Below are positions 54,675-64,000 of a DNA stretch of 64,000 nt, piece by piece; the stretch's first letter is position 1; the number at the start of each line of letters is the position of its first letter. The notes beneath the pieces are model-generated. The model was not told the DNA's origin and did no database searches. It saw nothing but the letters and a program-made list of their open reading frames with translations. A program made the translations under genes and the position numbers. Location: the NCBI GenBank assembly GCA_031400775.1, contig JANNQN010000055.1, positions 9,056 to 73,055 on the forward strand, written 5' to 3'. Origin of the DNA: Planctomycetia bacterium (GTDB lineage: Bacteria; Planctomycetota; Planctomycetia; Pirellulales; PALSA-1355).

Positions 54675-56819
54675 GTGAGCAGTTCTCCCGCCCAAATTGA
54701 ACACCCCGCCCCGGCGAGCCAGCGCAAAATCCTGGTGACCGCGGCGTTGCCCTATGCCAACGGCCCGATTCACCTGGGCCACCTGGTCGAGTACATCCAG
54801 ACCGACATTTGGGTTCGTTTTCAAAAGTTGCGCGGCCATACGTGCATCTATCTGTGCGCCGACGACACGCACGGCACGGCGATCATGATTCGCGCACGGC
54901 AGGAGAATCGCAGCGAAGAGGCCATGATCGCCGACATGCAGCAGGCCCATCTCCAGGATTTCAAGCGGTTCGACATCGAGTTCGACAACTACGGCAGCAC
55001 GCACAGTCCGGACAATCGAGCCCTGTGCGGAGAGATTTGGGCTCGACTGCGCCAGGCCGGACTGATCAGCGAGCAGGAAGTCACGCAACTGTACGATGCC
55101 ACGGCCGGCACCTTTCTCGCCGATCGATTCGTCAAAGGCACCTGCCCCAAGTGCGGCTCGACCAATCAGTATGGCGACAGTTGCGACAAATGCGGAGCGG
55201 CTTACAGCCCGACGGAACTGAAAGATCCCAAGAGCACTCTCTCGGGCGCCACTCCGGAGTTGCGCTCGGCCAAGCATTTGTTCGTTCACATCGAGCAATT
55301 GCGGCCTTTCCTCTCCGAGTGGACGCAGAGCGGCGACCATTTGCAGCGCGAAGTCGCGAATTACCTGGCCGGGCATTTTCTGGGAGAGCCGCTGCGCGAT
55401 TGGGATGTCTCGCGGCCGGCGCCCTACTTCGGCTTCGAGATACCAGACAGCCCGGGCAACTATTGGTACGTATGGTTCGACGCGCCGATCGGTTACGTTG
55501 CCTCGACGGCTGAGTGGTGCCGCCGCGAAGGACAGAAGCTGGACGACTGGTGGCGCAGCGATAACGTCGAGATCCACCATTTCATCGGCAAGGACATCAC
55601 GTATTTTCACACGCTGTTCTGGCCGGCGATGCTCAAGACGGCCGGGCTCAGTCTGCCCGCCAAGGTCCACGTTCACGGGTTCCTGACGGTCGACGGCGAG
55701 AAGATGTCGAAAACCAAGGGCACCTTCGTTCGCGCGGCCACATACTTGAATCACATGAGCCCGGCCTATCTGCGCTACTACTACGCCTCGAAGCTGGGAC
55801 CGGGCTTGGACGACCTGGATCTCAATCGCGAGGAGTTCGTCAGCAAGGTGAACTCCGACCTGGTTGGCAAGGTGGTCAATCTCGCCAGCCGCACGGCCAA
55901 GTTCGTGCGCGAAGCCGGATTGTCGACGTCGTATCCGGACGACGGCGGCCTATTTGCCCACGCGGCCGCCGAAGGCGACGCGATCGCGGCGGCGTATGAG
56001 GCCTGCGACTACAATCGGGCCATGCGGCTGATCATGGCCCTGGCGGATCGGGCCAATCAGTTTGTCGATGCGGCACAGCCCTGGAAGCTGCGCGACAACA
56101 TTGACCGGGCGGTGGAGCTGCAATCGAGCTGCACGATCGCGCTCAACCTGTTCCGCCAACTGGCGATTTACCTTTCGCCGGTGCTGCCGAGCTTGCAACG
56201 CCAGACCGAGGACCTGCTCGGCCAGAAGATCGCTCACTGGAACGAAACGAAGACGCCGCTTGTTGGCGCGGCGATTAACGAATTTTCGCACATGATGAAG
56301 CGCGTCGAGATCGCTCACGTCGAGGCCATGATCGCCGAAAGCCAAAAGGAAAATGCCGTGACAGATTCTCCCGCTCCGCAATCCGGCGCGCCGGCTCCCG
56401 CTGCCGCGTCCAGCGCCGTGTCGAATGCCGCTTCGGACCTCGCTGCAAGCGACAGCGGCGCCACGCTCGAAAAAGAGCCGCTCGTTGCCGAGTTGATCAG
56501 CATCGACGACTTCACCAAGGTCGATCTGCGCGTGGCCCGCGTGGTGTCGGCCGAGGAAGTGCCCAAGGCCAAGAAGCTGATCAAGCTCACTCTCTCGCTG
56601 GGGGGTGATCAACAACGCACCGTGTTTGCCGGCATCAAGAGCGCCTACGAACCCGCGGCGCTGGTCGGCCGGCTGGTGATTTGCGTGGCCAATCTGGCGC
56701 CGCGACAAATGACGTTTGGAATCAGCGAAGGCATGGTCGTGGCCGCCGGCGCCGGAGGCCAGGAGATTTATTTGCTAAGTCCCGACTCGGGGGCTCAGCC
56801 GGGACAACGGGTACATTAG
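54675..56819 (+). CDS. metG: methionine--tRNA ligase with a C-terminal tRNA-binding (Trbp111/EMAP-like) domain
   Basis: '[17 protein letters not shown]' (HIGH region), Zn knuckle '[18 protein letters not shown]', 'KMSKT'. C-terminus '[27 protein letters not shown]'. GTG start. Confidence 0.95.
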   Translation: MSSSPAQIEHPAPASQRKILVTAALPYANGPIHLGHLVEYIQTDIWVRFQKLRGHTCIYLCADDTHGTAIMIRARQENRSEEAMIADMQQAHLQDFKRFDIEFDNYGSTHSPDNRALCGEIWARLRQAGLISEQEVTQLYDATAGTFLADRFVKGTCPKCGSTNQYGDSCDKCGAAYSPTELKDPKSTLSGATPELRSAKHLFVHIEQLRPFLSEWTQSGDHLQREVANYLAGHFLGEPLRDWDVSRPAPYFGFEIPDSPGNYWYVWFDAPIGYVASTAEWCRREGQKLDDWWRSDNVEIHHFIGKDITYFHTLFWPAMLKTAGLSLPAKVHVHGFLTVDGEKMSKTKGTFVRAATYLNHMSPAYLRYYYASKLGPGLDDLDLNREEFVSKVNSDLVGKVVNLASRTAKFVREAGLSTSYPDDGGLFAHAAAEGDAIAAAYEACDYNRAMRLIMALADRANQFVDAAQPWKLRDNIDRAVELQSSCTIALNLFRQLAIYLSPVLPSLQRQTEDLLGQKIAHWNETKTPLVGAAINEFSHMMKRVEIAHVEAMIAESQKENAVTDSPAPQSGAPAPAAASSAVSNAASDLAASDSGATLEKEPLVAELISIDDFTKVDLRVARVVSAEEVPKAKKLIKLTLSLGGDQQRTVFAGIKSAYEPAALVGRLVICVANLAPRQMTFGISEGMVVAAGAGGQEIYLLSPDSGAQPGQRVH

Positions 56820-56839
56820 TCTGCCGGTCCCCGGAAACC

Positions 56840-56870
<31 letters not shown>

Positions 56871-56975
56871 TTCCTCGTGACAACCCAGCGACTACATTAA
56901 CTCAATACCGTTCAGCCTCAGCTTGCACTTAACTAGCCGATCGTCACCCAGTTCATCACCAGGGAGATACCGAAC

Positions 56976-57758
56976 ATGCAGGCTTTCATGCTCGCGGCAT
57001 TGCTATGGAACGCGGTGGCGGCGACGCCATCGGACGAGGTCGTCGCGCAATTCGAAGAGCGCACGTTTGACGTGCCAGGAGCGCAGCCGCCGCGGCAGGT
57101 GCGATACCGGTTGCTCAAGCCGGCCGTGGTCGAGCCGGGAAAAAAATATCCAGCGGTGCTCTTTCTGCACGGGGCCGGCGAGCGGGGAGACGACAACCGC
57201 AAGCAGTTGCTGTACCTTCCAGAATGGATGACGCGCAGCGAGTGGCGCGAGAAGTATCCTTGCTACCTGATCGTGCCGCAGTGCCCAAGCGACAAATGGT
57301 GGAGCGGCACGCGCCGTCCCAGCGAAAAGCCGGCCGATCCACCAGTCGCCGCGCCGCCGGCGGAGTCCGAAATCGCCTTGGACATTCTGCAGTCGCTGTC
57401 GAAGGAATTTCCGATCGACTCGAAGCGAGTCTATCTGACCGGGCTGTCGATGGGAGGCTACGGCAGTTGGATGTTGGCCGCCAAACATCCCGAGCTGTTC
57501 GCCGCCGTGGTGCCGATCTGCGGCGGCGGCGATCCGACGACGGCCGCTGTGCTGAAAGACATCCCAATTTGGGCCGTGCATGGCGACGCCGACAAGGTCG
57601 TGCCGCCCGCAAAATCGCGCGAGATGATCGACGCGGTCAAGGCCGCCGGCGGCAGCCCGCAGTACACCGAGCTCAAAGACGTGGGCCACGACAGTTGGAC
57701 CGCGGCCTACAACGACCCGGGCGGCGTCCTGCCCTGGATGTTCCAGCAGCACAAGTAG
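56976..57758 (+). CDS. alpha/beta-hydrolase esterase (carboxylesterase / prolyl-oligopeptidase-type), secreted
   Basis: 'YPAVLFLHGAGERGDDN', nucleophile elbow 'LTGLSMGGYGSW', 'WAVHGDADKVVP', 'VGHDSW'. Confidence 0.8.
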   Translation: MQAFMLAALLWNAVAATPSDEVVAQFEERTFDVPGAQPPRQVRYRLLKPAVVEPGKKYPAVLFLHGAGERGDDNRKQLLYLPEWMTRSEWREKYPCYLIVPQCPSDKWWSGTRRPSEKPADPPVAAPPAESEIALDILQSLSKEFPIDSKRVYLTGLSMGGYGSWMLAAKHPELFAAVVPICGGGDPTTAAVLKDIPIWAVHGDADKVVPPAKSREMIDAVKAAGGSPQYTELKDVGHDSWTAAYNDPGGVLPWMFQQHK

Positions 57759-57784
57759 TCTGACGTGCGTCGTCCGCAATCGCC

Positions 57785-58852
57785 CTACCGATACGGCTTC
57801 CAAACCGGGCGGTTCTTGCGGCTGGATTGTCGCGGCGTGCCGTCCGCGGTGGCCCGAGCGTTCTTGTTCGATGCCGCGGGCTGATCCGCTTCATCGGATG
57901 AACTGCCCGGCGCGGCGGAAACACGCGACGACTTAAGGCGCGAGCTGGGCGTTCGGTCGCGCTGCGGGCGACTGGCGCCGTCGCTGGACGACCAGTTCTT
58001 CGCTTCGCGATCCTCGCGCGGAGGATCGGCCGGCGAGCGGACGTCGATCGGCACGTCGGCATTGATCTTCGCTCCGTCGGCGGTGGTGAAGCGAACGAAT
58101 AGTTGCACCTGGCGATTCTTGGGCGGCTCGGCCGGCCAGGCGAGTTGAAATCGCAAGCCTGCTCCAAGCGGCGTGCTTTGGAAATGGCTCGGCACTTCGT
58201 CGGCGGCAAAGTCCCACCGCGCCACTCGCTGCGCGGCGCCTTCCAAGGCCGGATCCATCACCACGATCGAGACGTCGCCGGCACTCTTGACGAGTTGCCC
58301 CTGAGCGTCGCGCGGCTCGACGACCACCAGCACCCCCTCGTCGCCGTTGTGGCCGTCGCGATCGAGCCCGCCGGTCAATCGCTTGTTGATGACTAGCTTC
58401 GTCGGCACGCCAGTGGCGGCACTGGCGCCGCCGCCGGCCGGACCAACGCTTGGGGCGCTGCTGGGAGGGCCGCTGGGCGTGCCGGGCAGTTCCTCGGGCG
58501 GCGTATCGCTGGGCTCGGGCAGCTCGATCGTGGGGGCTTCCAAGTTGGGCGCAGCACCGCGACCCGATCGCCGCGGTATGTCGGAGGGCGGGCCCATGGA
58601 CGGGCCGCCGGATGATCCGCGAGTGTCGCGTCCTGGCCCCGGATCGCCGCCGGCTAGCTCTTTCTTGAGCGACTCGTTTTCGCGAATCGTGGCTTCGCGG
58701 GCCGCACAGCTATCGTCTAGCTGCGCTTCGAGTTGATAAATGCGATCCTCGAGCAGACGCGACTCCTGCTCGAGCAGCACCTGGTTGGGATTCGTGCGGC
58801 AACCGAGCGTCAGCAGGGTCAGCGCGCAGAGCGCAAATGGTAACGTTCTCAT
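57785..58852 (-). CDS. lipoprotein (hypothetical): coiled-coil N-terminus, Pro/Gly/Ser-rich linker
   Basis: ATG at 58852 gives the lipobox 'LTLLTLGC'. 'LLEDRIYQLEAQLDD', then a low-complexity region and a ~150-aa C-terminal domain. Confidence 0.6.
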   Translation of the reverse strand: MRTLPFALCALTLLTLGCRTNPNQVLLEQESRLLEDRIYQLEAQLDDSCAAREATIRENESLKKELAGGDPGPGRDTRGSSGGPSMGPPSDIPRRSGRGAAPNLEAPTIELPEPSDTPPEELPGTPSGPPSSAPSVGPAGGGASAATGVPTKLVINKRLTGGLDRDGHNGDEGVLVVVEPRDAQGQLVKSAGDVSIVVMDPALEGAAQRVARWDFAADEVPSHFQSTPLGAGLRFQLAWPAEPPKNRQVQLFVRFTTADGAKINADVPIDVRSPADPPREDREAKNWSSSDGASRPQRDRTPSSRLKSSRVSAAPGSSSDEADQPAASNKNARATADGTPRQSSRKNRPVWKPYR

Positions 58853-59063
58853 GTCAGCCTCATGCGACAGAAAAGCGTTTCTCGACTCACCGCGCGCCCG
58901 CGTCGCACGAGCGGCGCACCGGGCGGCGGCACTTCCATGTTTCAATCGATATTCACCCGCGAGGCAGCCGGCGGTGCGGGATGTGAGGCTGCCTTTGCTC
59001 GCCGAGCGAACCCCGAAAGGCGGGCTCGATCGGGCTCACTGACTTGTCCTAAAACTTGCCGTC

Positions 59064-59669
59064 CTAGATCTTCGCCATTGGGTTGGTTTCCATGTGCTCG
59101 ATCACCTGGTCGATTAGCTTGTATTCCATGGCTTCTTCGGCCGACATGAAGCGATCGCGATCCGTATCCCTTTCGATCTGCTCCAGCGGATGGCCGGTGT
59201 GCTTGATCAGGATTTGGTTCAGCTTCTGCTTAACCTTCTTGAATTCCATGGCGTGGATCATGATGTCTTCGGCCGTGCCTTCCATGCCCGCCAAGGGCTG
59301 GTGGATCATGATCCGGGCGTTGGGCAGCGCGTTGCGCTTGCCGCGCGCACCGGCGGTCAACAGCACGGCGCCCATCGAGGCCGCCTGGCCGATGCAATAC
59401 GTCGCCACGTCGCAGGTGATGAACTGCATGGTGTCGTAGATCGCGAGTCCGGCCGTGACGCTGCCGCCCGGCGAGTTGACGTACAGGTGAACGTCGGCCT
59501 TGGGATCTTCGGACTGCAGGAACAGCATCTGGGCGACGATCGAGTTGGCCACTTCGTCGTTAACTTGTGAGCCCAGGAAAATGATGCGGTCCTTGAGCAG
59601 GCGACTGTAGATGTCCATCGCCCGCTCTTCGCGGCCGCTCTTTTCGATGACGAAAGGAATCAAAGGCAT
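59064..59669 (-). CDS. clpP: ATP-dependent Clp protease proteolytic subunit (paralog 1)
   Basis: '[15 protein letters not shown]', catalytic '[11 protein letters not shown]', 'IMIHQP'. Confidence 0.95.
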   Translation of the reverse strand: MPLIPFVIEKSGREERAMDIYSRLLKDRIIFLGSQVNDEVANSIVAQMLFLQSEDPKADVHLYVNSPGGSVTAGLAIYDTMQFITCDVATYCIGQAASMGAVLLTAGARGKRNALPNARIMIHQPLAGMEGTAEDIMIHAMEFKKVKQKLNQILIKHTGHPLEQIERDTDRDRFMSAEEAMEYKLIDQVIEHMETNPMAKI

Positions 59670-59771
59670 AATCGTGTGCTTTATGTGCGTCGTTGTGCGG
59701 CGGCCCGTTCGACGATTGCCGCTCCTCGCTTCGGAGCGCCCACGGCGAATTGGCCACCGGGGATGGTTAGT

Positions 59772-60371
59772 CTAGACCTTGTCTTCGTCCTCGCCTTCGG
59801 CCATGACGGGCGGTCGCGTCAGGATGTCGTCGACGATTCCATACGTCTTGGCCTCGATGGCCGACATGTAATAGTCGCGGTTCGTGTCCTTGGCGATTCG
59901 CTCCAGCGGCTGAGTCGTGTGCTGAGCCAGGATTTGGTTCAGCACCTCGCGCGTCTTGAGGATTTCTTCGGCCTGGATTTCGATATCCGAAACCTGCCCG
60001 CCCACCTGGCCGTATGGCTGGTGGATCATGATCTTGGCGTTGGGCAGGGCATAGCGCTTTCCCGTGGTGCCGCCGGCCAGGAGCACGGCTCCTCCGCTGG
60101 CGGCCAATCCTACGCAGTTCGTCGCCACCGGGCAGGTACACATTTGCATGGTGTCGTACATCGCCAGCGTGGCGCTGACGCTGCCGCCCGGCGAGTTGAT
60201 GTAAAAGTGAATCGGCTTGCGGCGGTTTTCGCTCTGCAAATACAAGAGCTTCATTACGATTTCGTTGGCGTTGCCGTCGTGGATCTCGCCTTGCAGGAAA
60301 ATGATGCGATTCTCCAGCAGCAAATCTCCCAGCGTCATTTGCCGCTGGCGTTGATAGTCGCGATAGGCCAT
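59772..60371 (-). CDS. clpP: ATP-dependent Clp protease proteolytic subunit (paralog 2)
   Basis: 'LLLENRIIFLQG', 'GLAASGGAVLL', 'IMIHQP'. SD 'GAAGGA' upstream. Confidence 0.95.
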   Translation of the reverse strand: MAYRDYQRQRQMTLGDLLLENRIIFLQGEIHDGNANEIVMKLLYLQSENRRKPIHFYINSPGGSVSATLAMYDTMQMCTCPVATNCVGLAASGGAVLLAGGTTGKRYALPNAKIMIHQPYGQVGGQVSDIEIQAEEILKTREVLNQILAQHTTQPLERIAKDTNRDYYMSAIEAKTYGIVDDILTRPPVMAEGEDEDKV

Positions 60372-60590
60372 TTAAGTATCCTTCTAAATGCCGCGCTTTG
60401 GCAGTCGTCGGCGCGGCGGCAATATCATTGTTCGTGGCAAAGCTCTCGGCGGCAACACCACGCTTGTCCAGCTTGTGTAATTCGCGAGGCACGGCTCGGA
60501 AAGCGGACAGTTTCCCCGCATCCTTGCAAGGTCGGCCGCCCCTGTGGTGCCGTGGTTTAACGGCGCCGCCTGGTTTACTTACAGCCTGGT

Positions 60591-62090
60591 TTAGTCGCGT
60601 TCCTTCGACGCTCGTAGCGGTTCGGCTTCGCCCGGATGCTTGGCTTCCGGAATGTCCGATTCGTCGTCCTCGCCCCCCGCTGACTGATCGATTGCCTCGG
60701 TGTCGGCGCCCTCGGGCTTGTAGGGCACATCCTTGAATTGAGCGTGCGACAGCACCAGTTCGATCACCTTGCGTTCGATGATTTGATTTCGCAAGGAGTC
60801 CATCAGGCCGCCCTTTTCCAAGCGGGCCCGCACGCGGCGCACACTCTCGCCGCTTTGCGCGGCCAGTAGCGTGATCTCGCTTTGATAGTCCTCGGGGCTG
60901 GCTTCGAATGCCTGATCTTCGGCCAGCCGCTCCAGAATGAAATGCTCCTTGAGTGCCTTGGCCGTCGAGGCGGCGCTGTTCTGCCGCAGGTCGTTCTCGT
61001 AGGCCTGAATCTCGGCGTCGGTGAAGCCGTTGCGCCGCAATTCCAGCACGGCTCGCTCCAACTCGCGGCGGCTCTGGCGCCGCAACAGTTCGGGCGGCAA
61101 TTGCCAATTGGCACTCTCGGTCAGGGCCGCGGTAATCTGCCGCCGTGCTTCCTGTTGCTGCGTATATTCTAGCTGGCGCTTCAAGTCCTCTTGGATTGCG
61201 TCGCGCAGCTCGCCTTCCGATTCGAAGTCGCCCAACTCGGACAGCAACGCGCTCGTCAACTCCGGCGTCTCGAGCTTCTTGACTTCCAGCACCTCGAACA
61301 CGGCGGTGATCTCTTGTCCGCGCAGCGATTCGTTGGGAGCGTCGGCGGTGAGCTTGGCCGTGGCCTCGCGCGTTTCGCCGGCTTTGACGCCCTTCATCAA
61401 CTTGTCGAAAGCGTCGATCTTGCCGTCGCGGAAGCTCAGCACAGGGCGGATCCGGATCACTTCTTCCTTGCTGGAAGAAAGCTCGACCGCGCCGTTCTTG
61501 AACGTCAAATTGCAGGTGATGTAATCGCCGGCCACCGCGGGCCCGTCGAACGGAATCAGCCGGCCGTGCCGGGCCAAGACCTGTTCTACCCGCTTGTCGA
61601 CGTCTTTCTTGCTGAACTCGCGCACCGGTCGCTCAAGCTTCAGACCCTTCCACTCGGGCAGGTCGAACTCGGGACGCACTTCCAGGTCGAACTCGAACGT
61701 CATGGGACCATCGTCCGGCAGCGTGACCGCCAGCGGATCGAAATCCGGCTCGCTGATCGCCGAAAAACTCTCGTCCTCCGTGATCTGAGTCATGCTATCC
61801 ATCAACAGCGACCCTTTGACTTGGTCGGACACTTCCTTGCGAAAGCGGGCCTCGACCAGCTTGCGCGGCGCTCGGCCGGCGCGGAAGCCCGGCACGTTGG
61901 CCGTGTCCATCATCTCGCTGAAACCCTTGTCGTAATAGCGCTCGATCTCGTCGCGCGGAATCGTGACCGTGATGTGCCGCTGGCAGGCCGACGGCTTGTC
62001 GATCTTGATCGACAGGTTCAGCTTCTGTGGTTCGGCATCGGCGGCTTCTTCGGCCACCAGCTCGGGCGAATTCTTGTCGGAAGGTGACAT
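60591..62090 (-). CDS. tig: trigger factor
   Basis: 499 aa. 'VPGFRAGRAPRKLVEARF' (ribosome-binding signature GFRxGxxP). Central FKBP-like region and an acidic C-terminal extension. Confidence 0.92.
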   Translation of the reverse strand: MSPSDKNSPELVAEEAADAEPQKLNLSIKIDKPSACQRHITVTIPRDEIERYYDKGFSEMMDTANVPGFRAGRAPRKLVEARFRKEVSDQVKGSLLMDSMTQITEDESFSAISEPDFDPLAVTLPDDGPMTFEFDLEVRPEFDLPEWKGLKLERPVREFSKKDVDKRVEQVLARHGRLIPFDGPAVAGDYITCNLTFKNGAVELSSSKEEVIRIRPVLSFRDGKIDAFDKLMKGVKAGETREATAKLTADAPNESLRGQEITAVFEVLEVKKLETPELTSALLSELGDFESEGELRDAIQEDLKRQLEYTQQQEARRQITAALTESANWQLPPELLRRQSRRELERAVLELRRNGFTDAEIQAYENDLRQNSAASTAKALKEHFILERLAEDQAFEASPEDYQSEITLLAAQSGESVRRVRARLEKGGLMDSLRNQIIERKVIELVLSHAQFKDVPYKPEGADTEAIDQSAGGEDDESDIPEAKHPGEAEPLRASKERD

Positions 62091-62209
62091 CTAATTTGTC
62101 GTTCGCTGCGTGTGCAGCAACGCCTGAAAGGCCGGCAAAAACCGGTGCGCGTCGTTACCAACCGCCCGTGAGACTATGCCGTGGAAACTGAGAGTTGTAG
62201 GAAAACAAG

Positions 62210-62282
62210 AGCGGGTGATGGGATTCGAACCCACGACAACGACGTTGGCAACGTCGTGCTCTACCAACTGAGCTACACCCGC
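62210..62282 (-). tRNA. tRNA-Gly (anticodon GCC)
   Basis: Hand-folded cloverleaf: acceptor GCGGGTG/CACCCGC, D-arm GCTC-AGTTGGTA-GAGC. Anticodon arm CGACG-TTGCCAA-CGTCG; T-arm GTGGG-TTCGAAT-CCCAT. Discriminator U; CCA not encoded. Confidence 0.92.
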
Positions 62283-62352
62283 AGCGCAAGCCAATCGCGG
62301 TTAATCCGCCACCCGCAAGCAGGCAGTTGCTCGATAAGCCTGGGATGAACGG

Positions 62353-62380
62353 ATTATAGAGGCGCCTTGTACCCTGACAA
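62353..62380 (-). promoter_or_regulatory. near-consensus sigma-70 promoter TTGTCA-N16-TATAAT upstream of tRNA-Gly (and possibly tig/clpP)
   Basis: The minus strand reads TTGTCA (62380-62375), a 16-nt spacer and TATAAT (62358-62353). It lies about 70 nt upstream of the tRNA 5' end. Confidence 0.5.
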
Positions 62381-62604
62381 GGTCACTTGCCCGCTGTCGG
62401 CAAGCCTATGATAGCACACGCAAGAACGTCAAGACCCGGGCCGGCTCAAGGGGGCTTTTTTCGCCTGTTTCGGCGGATGGTTTTCCAGCGACTTGACCGT
62501 GAGAGCCGGCTGGGTTAGACGGCCCGTGCTTGGAGCGGGGCCGATTCGAATTGCCTGGGCGGCGAGCTCGGACACTCGGAAAAACCGACCCACCTCAGCG
62601 CGTC

Positions 62605-63333
62605 CTACTTAATAGCCCCAAACGCGGCAAACACGCTGTTCTTATGCAGCACTTCCACAGCCCGAAAACCCACGGCGCGCAATAATTCGAGCTGAAACCC
62701 CAGGCTTCGCGGCGTATCCTCACGCTCGACATATGCCAGCACGCGCTCGCGATACTCGGGCCCGTCGAGCGCCGCCAGATATTCGCCATATCGCTGCCAC
62801 ATCAATTCCTGCACCGGCGGCAGCGTGTGATCGACCAGGTCCGCGATCCACAGCGTTCCGCCGGGCCGCAAGCAGGCGTGCAACTTGGCGAAAACGCTCC
62901 GCCACTCGTCGTCGGTTCGTAAATGATGCAACACCGCGGCGGCGACGATCACATCGTAATGGTCAACTTCCAGCGGGATCTCGCGGATGTCCCCTTGGAT
63001 CGAGCGGATAACCGCCGGGCTCACTTGGCCGATCCGCTGCTGGGCCCGCTCGAGCATCGGACGGCTCAAGTCGACCAGCGTCACTTCGGCCAGCGGCACG
63101 CGCTCGCACAGCTTGAGCGTGTAGTTACCGGCCCCGCAACCCACGTCGAGCAAGCGAATCGGCCCGCTGGAGACGGCCGCGGCGGCGCGGGCGATCAAAT
63201 CCAACACCAGAGGAGCATCGATCGCCGCCGACTGGCCTGTGTCGAGGTTGCTGAACCGCTCGACATCGCCATCGAACCGCTGGCGAATTTCTTCGACGGA
63301 GGATTTCTCGGCAGGTGACTCGGATGGTGTCAC
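62605..63333 (-). CDS. class I SAM-dependent methyltransferase
   Basis: 'RLLDVGCGAGNYTLKL', 'VTLVDLSRPMLERA', 'YDVIVAAAVLHHL', 'LRPGGTLWIADL'. GTG start. Confidence 0.8.
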   Translation of the reverse strand: MTPSESPAEKSSVEEIRQRFDGDVERFSNLDTGQSAAIDAPLVLDLIARAAAAVSSGPIRLLDVGCGAGNYTLKLCERVPLAEVTLVDLSRPMLERAQQRIGQVSPAVIRSIQGDIREIPLEVDHYDVIVAAAVLHHLRTDDEWRSVFAKLHACLRPGGTLWIADLVDHTLPPVQELMWQRYGEYLAALDGPEYRERVLAYVEREDTPRSLGFQLELLRAVGFRAVEVLHKNSVFAAFGAIK

Positions 63334-63354
63334 GAGGTTCTCTCGCTTAAACGG

Positions 63355-64000
63355 TTAGTTACGGCGACGCTGGTACCGGCGGCTGGCTTCCTCCAGCGTG
63401 CGGCGCTCGGCCTTGGTCAAGCTCGACTCGCCTTGGCGGCTGATCTTTTCCAGGATTTCGTCGACCTGCGCGTTCAAATCGCGGGCATCTTGCTCGGGAT
63501 CGTGAATCTTTAGCTTCGGTCGCAGCCGAAAGACCATCCCGCTCAGATCCGACAGCCGTCGCGGAACGAGGCGTCCCAGGTTCATGCCCGCTTGATAATA
63601 CGCCAGTCCAAAGGCCATTCCCGCCAGATGCGCGATGTTGGCCACGTTGCTAGAGCCAGGATTCATAAAGCCGGTCACGTCCATCACGACATACAGCCCG
63701 CCCAATGCCCAGGCCGGCAATGGGAAAATGCCCCAGATGTAAAATACGCGGCGGGGAAAGTGAAGCACGTACAAGGCCATCAAACCCATCACGCCGCCCG
63801 AGGCGCCCAACAGCACGTTCTGGCTGCCATTGAACGCTTCAATGCCGAACCACGCCAGTCCTGCGATCAGGATTGCAACCAGGTAGATCCGCAAGAATTC
63901 CGCGCGCCCGTAGATGCCTTCCATGTCGGTGCCGAAGAGCCACAGCCCAAACATGTTGAAGGCGATGTGCGCGACTGAGTTCGGATCGTGCGCAAATCCG
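63355..64000 (-). CDS. rhomboid family intramembrane serine protease (5' end lies outside the window)
   Basis: The frame stays open to the window edge ('...VAHIAFNMFGLWLFG' is the HxxxN motif). Catalytic 'GASGGVMGL' and 'AHLAGMAFGLAYY'. About 70-aa charged C-terminal tail. Confidence 0.85.
   Translation of the reverse strand, partial: GFAHDPNSVAHIAFNMFGLWLFGTDMEGIYGRAEFLRIYLVAILIAGLAWFGIEAFNGSQNVLLGASGGVMGLMALYVLHFPRRVFYIWGIFPLPAWALGGLYVVMDVTGFMNPGSSNVANIAHLAGMAFGLAYYQAGMNLGRLVPRRLSDLSGMVFRLRPKLKIHDPEQDARDLNAQVDEILEKISRQGESSLTKAERRTLEEASRRYQRRRN

Noticed and set aside
62436-62462. T6 run after 'gggccggctcaaggggg', which looks like a plus-strand terminator.
   Set aside because: - Only about 3 bp of stem can be drawn.
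- No plus-strand gene lies upstream.
- It is not convincing.

Overview
This is a 64-kb, high-G+C chromosomal window with about 50 protein genes and one tRNA. I found no rRNA, CRISPR array, transposase or integrase.

Taxonomy (inference only): the gene content points to a Planctomycetota genome, probably Pirellulales-like. The supporting genes are:
- a DUF1501/DUF1553 pair
- PEP-CTERM cargo proteins
- a GYF-domain membrane protein
- type III glutamine synthetase
- tandem clpP genes
- an ECF sigma/anti-sigma pair
- several signal-anchored enzymes

Most of the window is housekeeping:
- hemD-hemE fusion, tex, lgt-panC-folK
- ald-mtnA, glnA, glnN
- metG
- tRNA-Gly, tig and two clpP genes

Two short segments look accessory. 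Both are visibly more A/T-rich than their flanks; this is judged by eye and was not computed.
1. 21.4-24.8 kb: a C5 cytosine methyltransferase whose stop overlaps the start of an unassigned PD-(D/E)XK-like protein. It is flanked by ORF-free spacers, and the left spacer is strongly structured.
2. 37.8-38.8 kb: a wHTH-fused minimal nucleotidyltransferase plus an HEPN-like partner (MntA/HepT-type module). A near-consensus promoter sits so close to the ATG that the mRNA would be leaderless.

Other points worth a second look:
- three unusual domain architectures: HemD-HemE, FolK fused to a P-loop kinase-like domain, and Lgt with a PDZ-like insert
- similar -24/-12 (sigma-54-like) elements upstream of both glutamine synthetase genes
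- an orphan intrinsic terminator between divergent genes
- several long hairpins and palindromes in oversized intergenic gaps

I cannot name a clearly new multi-gene system with confidence. The methyltransferase cassette with its structured spacer, and the MNT/HEPN-like module, are the best candidates.

All functional calls rest on motif recognition by eye in the supplied translations. No database search was run.
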